Of a DNA stretch of 64,000 nucleotides, positions 47,018-56,154 are shown piece by piece (the first letter of the stretch is position 1; each line of letters opens with the position of its first letter). A program made the position numbers and the translations under genes. The DNA is from Candidatus Auribacter fodinae (GTDB taxonomy: Bacteria > Auribacterota > Auribacteria > Auribacterales > Auribacteraceae), in the NCBI GenBank assembly GCA_003599815.1, contig QZJZ01000073.1, forward strand, positions 14,556-78,555. The letters are read 5' to 3'. The notes beneath the pieces are model-generated. The model was not told the DNA's origin. It ran no database searches and saw only the letters and a list, made by a program, of their open reading frames with translations.

Positions 47018-48409
47018 ATGGGAAAAGTGTATATTGTCGGCGCGGGCGTAGGGCATCCTGATTATATTACGGTAAAAGGCCAGGCGGTTTTAAAACAGGC
47101 TGATGTAATAATTTATGATTACCTTACAGATACCCGCCTGCTGGAACTGGCTCGTCCGGGCGCTGAGAAAATATCGTGTGCGGAACTGGGAAAACAGCGG
47201 TACGCGGGTACTCATTCCGAATCGCAGTTAAACATTAATGACGTCATGGTACAGCATGCCTTGGCAGGGAAGAAAGTTGTTCGACTTAAAAATGGCGATC
47301 CGGTCCTGTTTGCCCGTCTTTCGGAAGAAATGGATGTGTTGCGCCGGAATGAAATAGATTATGAGGTCATACCCGGCATAACTGCCGCCAGCGCCGCGGC
47401 GGCGGTGTGCGGCATACCGCTCAGCGACAGGTCTTGTTCGTCTCATGTGGCTTTTGTTACCGGGCATGAGGCGGAGAACAAGAATATTATCGACTGGCAC
47501 TCGTTGGCTCCGCTCGATACACTAGTGCTGTATATGGCAGTGCGTAATATAGGCAGGATAACTGAACAGCTCATTGAGGCGGGGAAAGATCCTGATACTC
47601 CGGTAGTTGTGGTTTCGAATATCGCGTCCATGCGCCAAAAGACAGTACGCGGTACAATACGCTCAATTCCAGCGGATATTGAGCGGGAAGATATAGAGCC
47701 GCCGGCTATATTTATTATAGGAGAGGTTGCCCGTTTTGAGGAGCGGTTCAACTGGGTGCTGAACAGCAGGCGCATCCTGTTTACCGGGTTGTCCTGCGAA
47801 CGGTGTTTTCTGAACGGGCTGTATTATCACCTGCCTTTAATCTCCATTGTTCCGCTTGATGATTATAGTGAAATGGATGATTATATTCGCAATATAGGAT
47901 ATTTTGACTGGCTGGTGTTCGGAAGCCGGTATGGAGTCATCCATTTTTTTCAAAGGCTGAGCCGGTGCGGGCTGGATACCCGTTCACTGGGCAAGACGCG
48001 CGTGGCGGCAGTAGGGCAATCCACAGCTGACAAACTGGGTGAATACGGAGTAGCGGCCGATCTGGTGCCTGACGTGGAAAGTTCTGTCGGATTGCTGGAT
48101 GCCTGTGCTACACTGGACATGAACGGCAAAAAAGTGTTCATGCCCCGTTCGGATTTGTCGGACAAAGGGCTGGCACAGGGATTTGAGAAACTCGGAGCCA
48201 AGGTTACCAGTGTAATAGCGTACCGTAACATTATGCCGGAATCTCTGCCGGACATAGACCTTTCGTTTTTTGACGAGATATTTTTTACCAGCCCGTCAAC
48301 AGTACGGAACTTTTGTACACGATACGGACAGGTTCCCGGCCATATCACCGTTACATGTATTGGGGACGTGACATTAAAAGAGGCACGGAAATGGAACATA
48401 ATCGATTAA
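47018..48409 (+). CDS. cobA: uroporphyrinogen-III C-methyltransferase fused to uroporphyrinogen-III synthase
   Basis: The N-terminal SUMT part reads VYIVGAGVGHPDYITVKG...IIYD, GDP, VIPGITA. The C-terminal ~220 aa are HemD-like (ILFTG...). Confidence 0.85.
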   Translation: MGKVYIVGAGVGHPDYITVKGQAVLKQADVIIYDYLTDTRLLELARPGAEKISCAELGKQRYAGTHSESQLNINDVMVQHALAGKKVVRLKNGDPVLFARLSEEMDVLRRNEIDYEVIPGITAASAAAAVCGIPLSDRSCSSHVAFVTGHEAENKNIIDWHSLAPLDTLVLYMAVRNIGRITEQLIEAGKDPDTPVVVVSNIASMRQKTVRGTIRSIPADIEREDIEPPAIFIIGEVARFEERFNWVLNSRRILFTGLSCERCFLNGLYYHLPLISIVPLDDYSEMDDYIRNIGYFDWLVFGSRYGVIHFFQRLSRCGLDTRSLGKTRVAAVGQSTADKLGEYGVAADLVPDVESSVGLLDACATLDMNGKKVFMPRSDLSDKGLAQGFEKLGAKVTSVIAYRNIMPESLPDIDLSFFDEIFFTSPSTVRNFCTRYGQVPGHITVTCIGDVTLKEARKWNIID

Positions 48410-49359
48410 GCAAAATGCGCTCGCATACTGCACTGCGCGATCTTGTCAGCGAAACGCACCTGCATAAAGATCAGTTAATTATGCCCTTTTTTATTGTTGA
48501 GGGCACGCGGATTTCCGACCCCATAAAATCTATGCCCGGAATCCATAGAATTTCATCCGATGTGCTGGTGACGGAAATCGGCGAACTGCTGAAACTCGGT
48601 GTTCGATCTGTTTTATTGTTCGGCGTATCGTCAGAAAAGGAAACGCTTGCTCAGTCAGCCTACCGCGCTGATAACATAGTGCAGAAATCCATTCGTACTC
48701 TGCGCCGTCATTATTCGTCCGATGAATTATGTATTATAACCGATGTTTGTCTATGCGGGCATACGCTGAACGGGCATTGCGGTATCATGAAAGGGACGGA
48801 AATCGATTTGGAGCAAACTCTTGATATCCTCGCTAAAATAGCTGTGTCTCATGCTGTATCGGGGACTGACTTCGTCGCGCCGTCAGCCATGATGGACGGT
48901 CAGGTTGCAGTGATTCGGAATGCGCTGGACGATAACAAGTTTCACAAGGTAAAAATTATGTCGTACTCGGTGAAATTCGCATCAAATTTTTACGGCCCGT
49001 TCAGGGATGCGTACGGCTCAGCTCCCCAATTCGGTGACAGGAAAACGTATCAGATGGATTACCGCAATCCCGGCGAAGCGCTTCGCGAGGTGGAGCAGGA
49101 TATTATGGAAGGCGCGGATGTGGTTATGGTCAAACCTGCGCTGGCATATCTTGATATAATATACCGTGTGAAACAGTCGTTCAATATTCCGCTTGCCGCG
49201 TATAATGTAAGCGGTGAATACGCCATGATGAAACAGTACGCCTCGGAGTCGGGCGTACCGGAAAAAGACCTTATTCTTGAATCCGTTATTGCCATGAAAC
49301 GGGCTGGCGCGGATATGATTATCACGTATTTCGCGAAAGAACTGGCGCAATGGATATAA
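48391..49359 (+). CDS. hemB: porphobilinogen synthase (Zn-type)
   Basis: Start at 48391. Cys-rich metal site DVCLCGHTLNGHCG. Active-site region MVKPAL. Confidence 0.9.
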   Translation: MEHNRLSKMRSHTALRDLVSETHLHKDQLIMPFFIVEGTRISDPIKSMPGIHRISSDVLVTEIGELLKLGVRSVLLFGVSSEKETLAQSAYRADNIVQKSIRTLRRHYSSDELCIITDVCLCGHTLNGHCGIMKGTEIDLEQTLDILAKIAVSHAVSGTDFVAPSAMMDGQVAVIRNALDDNKFHKVKIMSYSVKFASNFYGPFRDAYGSAPQFGDRKTYQMDYRNPGEALREVEQDIMEGADVVMVKPALAYLDIIYRVKQSFNIPLAAYNVSGEYAMMKQYASESGVPEKDLILESVIAMKRAGADMIITYFAKELAQWI

Positions 49360-50642
49360 ACAAAGAGCTGTATACCGAAGCATTGAAATATATTCCGGGC
49401 GGGGTGAACAGCCCTGTACGGTCGTTTCAGGGTGTTGGCGGCACGCCGGTATTTTTTAAGTCCGGCGCCGGTTCGCACCTTTTTGCTGAGGACGATACGG
49501 AGTACATAGATTATTGCCAGTCGTGGGGCGCACTGCTGTTCGGGCACGCATATTCTCCTGTGGTGAAAGCGGTGAAAAAGGCTGTGGAAAAAGGCACCAG
49601 TTTTGGCGCCGCTACCCGCAATGAGGTAGATCTCGCACGGATGATAGTTGAAGCTGTGCCGTCTGTGGAACAGGTTCGCCTGACCTGTTCGGGAACTGAG
49701 GCGGTGATGAGCGCTGTCCGGCTGGCACGGGCATATACCGGAAAAAACACCATAATCAAGTTTGCCGGATCGTATCATGGGCATTGTGATTATATGCTGG
49801 TTCAGGCTGGTTCAGGCGCAATGACGCTCGGCATACCCGATTGCCCGGGCGTGCCGGAATCGTTTACTCAGCATACGGTTATTGTGCCGTATAACGATGC
49901 GGACGCGCTGAACGCGGCGGCGGAGGCGTATAGCGGAGACCTTGCGGCGATTATTTTAGAACCCGTAGCGGCAAACTGCGGGGTGATTGTACCTGATACA
50001 TCGTTTCTTTCAGCCGCCCGTACATGTGCGGATACCCATGACGCCCTGCTGATTTTTGATGAGGTGATTACCGGGTTCCGGCTCGCGTATGGAGGCGCGC
50101 AGGAATATTTTGGGGTTATGCCTGACCTTACCTGTATGGGTAAAATTATCGGCGGCGGATTGCCTGTCGGGGCATTCGGCGGCAAAGAGGATATCATGAG
50201 TATGATTGCTCCGGCAGGGCCTGTATATCAGGCAGGCACGCTGTCCGGCAATCCTGTGGCAGTCAGCGCCGGGCTGGCTGTATTGCGGTGTATTCAGGAT
50301 ACCAATCCATACACGGCGCTGGCAGAGAAAACAGCTCTGTTGCGCACCGCCATTCAGGATGCCGCGTGGGAATACGGTATTCCGATAGTTGTGAACAGTA
50401 TTGCGTCATTGTTTACTCTATTTTTTACTGATGAGCCGGTAGAGCGTTTTTGTCCTGACACCATGCAGAATACTCTTTTGTTTTCCCGGTTTTTTCATAC
50501 AATGTTGGAAGAAGGAATATATCTTCCGCCATCGGGGTTTGAAGCGCAGTTCGTGTCTATGGCGCACACGGATTACGATATTGAGCGAACTGTGCAGGCA
50601 GTTAAATCAGCGTTTTCATCATTACATGGGACAGCGGCATGA
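49350..50642 (+). CDS. hemL: glutamate-1-semialdehyde 2,1-aminomutase
   Basis: GGVNSPVRSF, SGTEA, and the PLP Lys region GKIIGGGLPVGAFGG. Confidence 0.95.
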   Translation: MDINKELYTEALKYIPGGVNSPVRSFQGVGGTPVFFKSGAGSHLFAEDDTEYIDYCQSWGALLFGHAYSPVVKAVKKAVEKGTSFGAATRNEVDLARMIVEAVPSVEQVRLTCSGTEAVMSAVRLARAYTGKNTIIKFAGSYHGHCDYMLVQAGSGAMTLGIPDCPGVPESFTQHTVIVPYNDADALNAAAEAYSGDLAAIILEPVAANCGVIVPDTSFLSAARTCADTHDALLIFDEVITGFRLAYGGAQEYFGVMPDLTCMGKIIGGGLPVGAFGGKEDIMSMIAPAGPVYQAGTLSGNPVAVSAGLAVLRCIQDTNPYTALAEKTALLRTAIQDAAWEYGIPIVVNSIASLFTLFFTDEPVERFCPDTMQNTLLFSRFFHTMLEEGIYLPPSGFEAQFVSMAHTDYDIERTVQAVKSAFSSLHGTAA

Positions 50643-51766
50643 AAAAAATATATATAAACGGTACACAGCGCAATGTTGAAAAAGACGTGTATCTTACTGA
50701 TGTGCTAAATGCGCGAGTTGTTGCGGCTCTGCCGTTTTGCGTGATGGTAAATGATGCGATAGTCACCAGAGACAATTACAGTTCAGTAAAAATTAAGGAT
50801 GAGGACCGTGTCCATGTGCCTGAATCAGAACTCTGTCCACGCAAAAAAATAGCGGATAATGTGCTCGAACTGATTGGGCGTACGCCTCTGGTAAAACTGA
50901 ACCGGATGGTTCAGCCGGGTATGTCGTCCGTGCTGGGTAAACTCGAATCGCTGAATCCCGGAGGAAGTCTGAAAGACAGGATATGCCTTTCCATTATAGA
51001 GGATGCCGAACGTAAAGGACTGATCCGCAAAGGATCGACTATCATCGAACCGACCAGCGGCAACACGGGTATCGGGCTTGCCATGGTGTGCGCGGTAAAG
51101 GGGTACCGCTGTATCCTGACCATGCCGGAAACAATGAGCCTTGAACGTATTTTTATCCTGCGTTCTTATGGCGCGGAGGTTGTTCTTACTCCAGGCGTTA
51201 AGGGAATACTCGGATCTATTGAGCGTGCGGAGGAATTGTTGAAAAAGATACCGGACAGTTTTATGCCCCAACAGTTCAGGAATCCGGCGAATCCCGCAAT
51301 TCACCGAATTACCACGGCGTTGGAAATACTGAACGACACGGAAGGAAACATAGATGTTTTTGTCGCAGGTGTCGGCACAGGAGGAAGCATCACCGGAGTC
51401 GGCGAGGTATTGAAAAAATACAACCCGGCAGTAAAAGTTGTTGCTGTGGAACCGAAAAAGAGCGCTGTTTTGTCAGGGCATAAACCCGGTCATCATAATA
51501 TTCAGGGTATAGGCGCGGGGTTTGTCCCTGATGTGCTGAACAGGGATATAATAGACTGTATCATTCAGGTTAATGACCGCGAGGCGTTCAGGACTTCACG
51601 ACGGTTATCGCAGGAAGAAGCCTTGTTCGTAGGGATCTCGTCCGGCGCGAATATATGGGCGGCGTTGTCCATCGCTAAAGAAACGGGCGAGGGTAAAACC
51701 ATTGTAGCGGTGCTATGCGATACGGGGGAACGGTATTTTTCAATGGAACAGTATTTTGAGGCTTAA
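50639..51766 (+). CDS. cysK: cysteine synthase (CysK/CysM family) with an N-terminal ThiS-like beta-grasp domain
   Basis: aa 1-~60 are ThiS-like: IYINGTQRNVEKDVYLTDVL...VMVNDAIVTRDNY..IKDEDRVHV. This is followed by LIGRTPLVKLN, NPGGSLKDR and TSGNTGIG. Confidence 0.8.
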   Translation: MKKIYINGTQRNVEKDVYLTDVLNARVVAALPFCVMVNDAIVTRDNYSSVKIKDEDRVHVPESELCPRKKIADNVLELIGRTPLVKLNRMVQPGMSSVLGKLESLNPGGSLKDRICLSIIEDAERKGLIRKGSTIIEPTSGNTGIGLAMVCAVKGYRCILTMPETMSLERIFILRSYGAEVVLTPGVKGILGSIERAEELLKKIPDSFMPQQFRNPANPAIHRITTALEILNDTEGNIDVFVAGVGTGGSITGVGEVLKKYNPAVKVVAVEPKKSAVLSGHKPGHHNIQGIGAGFVPDVLNRDIIDCIIQVNDREAFRTSRRLSQEEALFVGISSGANIWAALSIAKETGEGKTIVAVLCDTGERYFSMEQYFEA

Positions 51767-51808
51767 CGAGTAATCAATAATATCCAGCCGGAGAATAAAG
51801 CGAACAGC

Positions 51809-53629
51809 ATGTTGAATAATTCTTCTCAATGGAAAACCCTACTGGCACTGCTCCTTATCACAGGAGCCTGTGTTCTTGCGTACGCGAATATGATGAATAA
51901 CGATTTCGTGTGGGATGACGTGGTTTTCATAAAAAAAAGTTATTTTATACGTGACTTTTCTAACATCCGTGATGTTTTTAAGGTGGATTTCTGGCAGGCG
52001 TCCTACCGCTCCTACAGCGCAAAATTTTACCGTCCGTTTATAATTGCTTCGTTTATAATTGATTACGCGATATGGGGTATGAACCCGTTCGGGTTTCATC
52101 TCGCCAACCTGCTGATGCACATCGGGGTAACGATTGCGGTATGGCGTCTGGCACGGTTTTTTATTAACCGTACCGCTTCGCTGGCGGCGGCAGTGCTGTT
52201 CGCTGTACATCCGATACATACCGAATCAGTTACATTTATATGCGGGCGGACTGACGTAATGGCGGCGTTATTTATGTTTTGGAGCGTGGCGGCGTATCTT
52301 AAATCGGTTCAGGGCAAGCGGATTGTATTCGTATGTGCCTCTGCTGTGCTTTATGCCGGCGCGTTGTTATGCAAGGAAGCGTCGGTTATTGCCGTACCGC
52401 TCATTGCGGTGATGTATTACGGCAAGCACCGACCGGGAATACAGCGGATAAAAAAAATAGTGCCGGACATCATACCTTTTTTTGTGGTTACTGTTTTGTA
52501 TGTGGTTCTGAGGCATTGGGTGTTGTCCGGCCCGGTAAAACTGGCGCATGCTTCTCCGGGAGGGACATTGTTGGGTACTATGCTGACCATGCCGTCTATT
52601 ATCCTGACGTATATCGGTAAACTGTTTGTTCCTGTGCGGATGTCGATTGATTATGCTCCTGAGGTAGTGGAGTCAGTTTTGTCACCGGTCTTCTGGTTTC
52701 CGATGATTTTGTTGACAGTATTGTTCTGCGGAGGTGTCCGGCTTCTTTATAAAAGAGAGGGGCTTGCCGGGGCATCCATCCTGCTGTTTTTTATAGGCAT
52801 CGCTCCGGTGACGAATATTATTTCAACAGGAGTGTTTATGGCAGACCGGTTTTTGTATATTTCCTCAGCCGGGTTTTGTTTTCTTGCAGGAATGCTGGTG
52901 CAGGGCGGTTTTGTCTCGATGAAAATCCCGCAGGTGAAAAAATATTGCATAGTTTGTATGGCGCTTATCGCCGTGCTTATGACTATGCTGACCATCCGCC
53001 GCAACAGCGACTGGCGCACGGAAGAGAGGTTATGGCTTAAAACCGCGCAGACTACACCTGCCAGTTTCCGCGCACATGGCAGTATAGCCCAGATGCTTCT
53101 CGATCAGGGTAGATATGAACTGGCACTGAAGGAAGCCCGCATCGCAAATATGCTCCGCCCGCAGGATTACCGTGTTCTTGGAAATCTCGCGGTTATTCAT
53201 ATGAAAATGGGAGATTATACTAAAGCTGTGGAATATTTTCAGCGGGCGCTGGAGTATGAGCCCCGCGATTTCCGTACATATGCCAATCTGCATCTGCTCC
53301 ATGACGCTCTGGGCGAGCCTGAACGAGCGCTGGATGCCGTAAATACGGCAATACACTATAACCAGCGGCAGAAAGATTTGTATTATATGAAAGCCGAGTT
53401 TTTAGCCCGTCAGGATAAACCTGAAGAGGCAGTGAAAGCCTACAATGACTGCCTTCGGTTATATCCTGACGATATTCAGTCGCTGGAATCTGCCGGCGAT
53501 ATTCTGATGGAGCGCCTCAATAACAGCAAGCAGGCGGCCCGGTATTATCAGAAGGCTCTGGAAATAGACCACGGCAACGCGCGAATCGGGCACAAATTGA
53601 AAAAGGCAATCGCTAATCGCGAGCAATAA
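51809..53629 (+). CDS. polytopic membrane protein with C-terminal TPR repeats (TMTC/PMT_2-like putative glycosyltransferase)
   Basis: NDFVWDD motif after the first TM segment, about 10 TM segments, and roughly 200 aa of C-terminal TPR. Confidence 0.6.
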   Translation: MLNNSSQWKTLLALLLITGACVLAYANMMNNDFVWDDVVFIKKSYFIRDFSNIRDVFKVDFWQASYRSYSAKFYRPFIIASFIIDYAIWGMNPFGFHLANLLMHIGVTIAVWRLARFFINRTASLAAAVLFAVHPIHTESVTFICGRTDVMAALFMFWSVAAYLKSVQGKRIVFVCASAVLYAGALLCKEASVIAVPLIAVMYYGKHRPGIQRIKKIVPDIIPFFVVTVLYVVLRHWVLSGPVKLAHASPGGTLLGTMLTMPSIILTYIGKLFVPVRMSIDYAPEVVESVLSPVFWFPMILLTVLFCGGVRLLYKREGLAGASILLFFIGIAPVTNIISTGVFMADRFLYISSAGFCFLAGMLVQGGFVSMKIPQVKKYCIVCMALIAVLMTMLTIRRNSDWRTEERLWLKTAQTTPASFRAHGSIAQMLLDQGRYELALKEARIANMLRPQDYRVLGNLAVIHMKMGDYTKAVEYFQRALEYEPRDFRTYANLHLLHDALGEPERALDAVNTAIHYNQRQKDLYYMKAEFLARQDKPEEAVKAYNDCLRLYPDDIQSLESAGDILMERLNNSKQAARYYQKALEIDHGNARIGHKLKKAIANREQ

Positions 53630-53646
53630 ATATAAAGGGCATCATT

Positions 53647-54735
53647 ATGGGTCAAACACTGAGAGTTAATCTTGACGAACGGTCATATGATATATGCATA
53701 GAACACGGATGCCTGTCTGCGATCGGCAGTCTGCTTAGCCCTCTCAAACTGGGCAAACGGTGTGTTGTTATTACCAACGAGGTGGTAAAACAATGGTATC
53801 TTGAACCTGTTATGAAATCCCTGCGTGACAGCGGGTATACGGCTGAGTCGTATATTCTTCCTGACGGAGAACAGACGAAAAGCCTGTCGTGGCTGGAGCA
53901 GATATTTCATAAAATGCTGGAAATGAGGCTTGACCGCAAAAGTTTCGTTGTGGCTCTCGGCGGCGGAGTGGTGGGTGACCTTGCCGGGTTCGCCGCGGCG
54001 TCATATATGCGCGGCATACCGTTTGTACAGGTGCCGACAACGTTGTTGTCGCAGGTGGACAGCAGTGTTGGCGGTAAAACCGGGGTGAATTTGCGTGAAG
54101 GCAAAAATCTTATAGGAGCATTTTATCAGCCGAAACGGGTTATCATTGATCCCAAGGTGCTGAATACTCTGGATATCCGGGAGCTGCGCGCCGGTTTTTC
54201 CGAGGTTATCAAGTATGGAGTCATTTACGATGCCGGATTCTTTTCTTTTCTGGAGAAAAATCTGTCCGCTGTTTTTCAGCTTGAACCTGACGTCATAGAG
54301 TACGTAATTGCCCGGTCGTGCGCCATCAAAGCGGAGGTTGTTGAACAGGACGAGCAGGAATCAGGGTTGCGCGCAATACTGAATTTCGGGCATACAGTTG
54401 GCCATGCGCTGGAATCCATTACCTCATACGGCACATATGTGCATGGCGAAGCGGTGGCAATAGGAATGATTACCGCCTGCACTCTTGGCGAACGGGTGGC
54501 GGGGTTCAGCCCTGACCAAAGCGCGCAGGTGCGAAGGCTTATTGAACGTTCAGGCTTGCCGTCCCGGGTACCCGTGGGGATACCGAACGAGCAGATTATC
54601 GAGTATATGCGCAGAGACAAAAAGGTGCAGGATGACACAATACGTTTCGTACTGCCGAAACGCATCGGCGAGGTGTCTGTTGTCGGGTCGGTTACAATTT
54701 CTGAAATAGAGTTCGCTCTGGATGCCAACAGGTAA
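53647..54735 (+). CDS. aroB: 3-dehydroquinate synthase
   Basis: Motifs GGGVVGDLAGFAAA, VPTTLLSQVDSSVGGKTG and GHTVGHALE. Confidence 0.95.
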   Translation: MGQTLRVNLDERSYDICIEHGCLSAIGSLLSPLKLGKRCVVITNEVVKQWYLEPVMKSLRDSGYTAESYILPDGEQTKSLSWLEQIFHKMLEMRLDRKSFVVALGGGVVGDLAGFAAASYMRGIPFVQVPTTLLSQVDSSVGGKTGVNLREGKNLIGAFYQPKRVIIDPKVLNTLDIRELRAGFSEVIKYGVIYDAGFFSFLEKNLSAVFQLEPDVIEYVIARSCAIKAEVVEQDEQESGLRAILNFGHTVGHALESITSYGTYVHGEAVAIGMITACTLGERVAGFSPDQSAQVRRLIERSGLPSRVPVGIPNEQIIEYMRRDKKVQDDTIRFVLPKRIGEVSVVGSVTISEIEFALDANR

Positions 54736-54740
54736 TCGTA

Positions 54741-55781
54741 TCAGGATCCGCGTTGTGCCCTGAGCTGGCCGCATGCCGCGGCGATACGCGATCCTTTACT
54801 CCACCGGATAGTAACGTCCAAGCCTGAATCTTTAATTTTATTAAAGAAATTATACACCTGATCTTCTGTCGGCGGAGCGAATGGAAATTCGTCCACTTCA
54901 TTTAACGGTATCAGGTTAATTTTTGCCGGATACTTTTTCAGGAGCGATACCAGCCTTTTAACGTCGTCGTCACTGCTGTTGAATTCAGGGATAACCAGAT
55001 ATTCTATGGTTATATCCCGTCCGCTCACATCAGCGTATTTGCGGCATGAGTCCAGTACCGCGTGTATGGAATATTGTTTGTTGATGGGCATGAAAGATGA
55101 ACGCTGGTCGTCGCGGGTGCTGTGCAGTGACAATGCCAGTATGGGGCGCAGGTTTGAGGCGGTCAGTTCTTCTATGCCGGGTATATACCCTACGGTCGAA
55201 ACAGTGATTTTTCGTTGTCCGAGTTCGAATCCCCAGCTTGAATGGATGCTTTCGTAGGCTTTCTCGAAGGCGTTGAAGTTATGGAGCGGTTCGCCGGATC
55301 CCATGAAAACCAGATTGGTCATATCGTGTTCCTGTGTCATAATTCTGATCTGATCAATCATTTCAGCGGCACAGAGGTTTCTGATAAACCCTGCTTTTCC
55401 GCTGGCGCAGAACCCGCAGGCGAACGCGCATCCGATTTGTGACGATATGCAGAGTGTATGCCGTTTTTCATGTGTAATGGCGACGCTTTCTATAAGATGG
55501 TTATCCGCAGTCCGCATAAGGTATTTGCGCGCTGATTTATCCGGTGTTTCGACTGTTTCAGTAGCTGTCAGCGAGCAGGGCTGGTACCGTTTGGCAAGTT
55601 CTGATAACAGAGTGCCGGGCAGGTTAGACATCTCGCTGTATGACAATGCGTTATGCCTGAATATCCACTGCAGGAGCTGTGACGCCCGGTACCGGGGCTG
55701 ATCGAGTTCCTGAAAAAGTTTTTCGCAATCCGTTTTGGTTAAGCCGGCAAGGTACCGGGGAATGTCCTGTGTATTACTCAT
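54741..55781 (-). CDS. rlmN: 23S rRNA/tRNA adenine-C2 methyltransferase (radical SAM)
   Basis: YRASQLLQWIF N-terminus. Radical SAM motif GCAFACGFCASG. C-terminal AACGQL. Confidence 0.9.
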   Translation of the reverse strand: MSNTQDIPRYLAGLTKTDCEKLFQELDQPRYRASQLLQWIFRHNALSYSEMSNLPGTLLSELAKRYQPCSLTATETVETPDKSARKYLMRTADNHLIESVAITHEKRHTLCISSQIGCAFACGFCASGKAGFIRNLCAAEMIDQIRIMTQEHDMTNLVFMGSGEPLHNFNAFEKAYESIHSSWGFELGQRKITVSTVGYIPGIEELTASNLRPILALSLHSTRDDQRSSFMPINKQYSIHAVLDSCRKYADVSGRDITIEYLVIPEFNSSDDDVKRLVSLLKKYPAKINLIPLNEVDEFPFAPPTEDQVYNFFNKIKDSGLDVTIRWSKGSRIAAACGQLRAQRGS

Positions 55782-55848
55782 AAATATATCCTAAGGTGGT
55801 ATCATTATTTTGGAAGCACTGAAAAGTCTCTAAGTTTCTTTCTCATAT

Positions 55849-55884
55849 GTCAATCACGAGGAGCGTCAACGGCGCGGTGATCTC
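55849..55884 (+). repeat. dispersed palindromic element, copy C
   Basis: GTCAATCACGAGGAGCGTCAACGGCGCGGTGATCTC. Confidence 0.45.
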
Positions 55885-55902
55885 ATCGTTCAGCATACTG
55901 CA

Positions 55903-55931
55903 GAGGAGACGATTGCCGCGCGACCTTTCGG
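55903..55931 (-). repeat. partial inverted copy of the element (3-prime half)
   Basis: The reverse complement reads CCGAAAGGTCGCGCGGCAATCGTCTCCTC. It shares GCGGCAA..TCTCCTC with copy A. Confidence 0.35.
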
Positions 55932-56154
55932 ATTTACAGAAATGATGTTCTTTCATGACGTTTTCATCGCGTCCATATTGTTGCAATACGCCAATTGTAC
56001 CTGAAAAAGCGTGCTAAAAAAAGCTTTTTCAGCACTGGTACCGTTCCGTCGCCTGCCGTCAGCGATAATACTTTCCTGTTAAGGGGGGAATTAATATCTG
56101 GACATTGAGTTCTCCGCTCATGTAGTATACACGTGTAATGCGGCTTAAAAGGGA

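Noticed and set aside
49059-49784. 241-aa minus-strand ORF spanning the hemB/hemL junction
   Set aside because: It is antisense to two unmistakable hem genes, and its Arg/His/Ser-rich composition indicates a shadow frame. The same reasoning applies to 46496..47056, 18128..18736, 15675..16445 and 38409..38912.
55782-56154. M-box (ykoK) riboswitch upstream of mgtE
   Set aside because: I could not find the conserved M-box core sequence on the + strand. The region is reported only as a structured leader.
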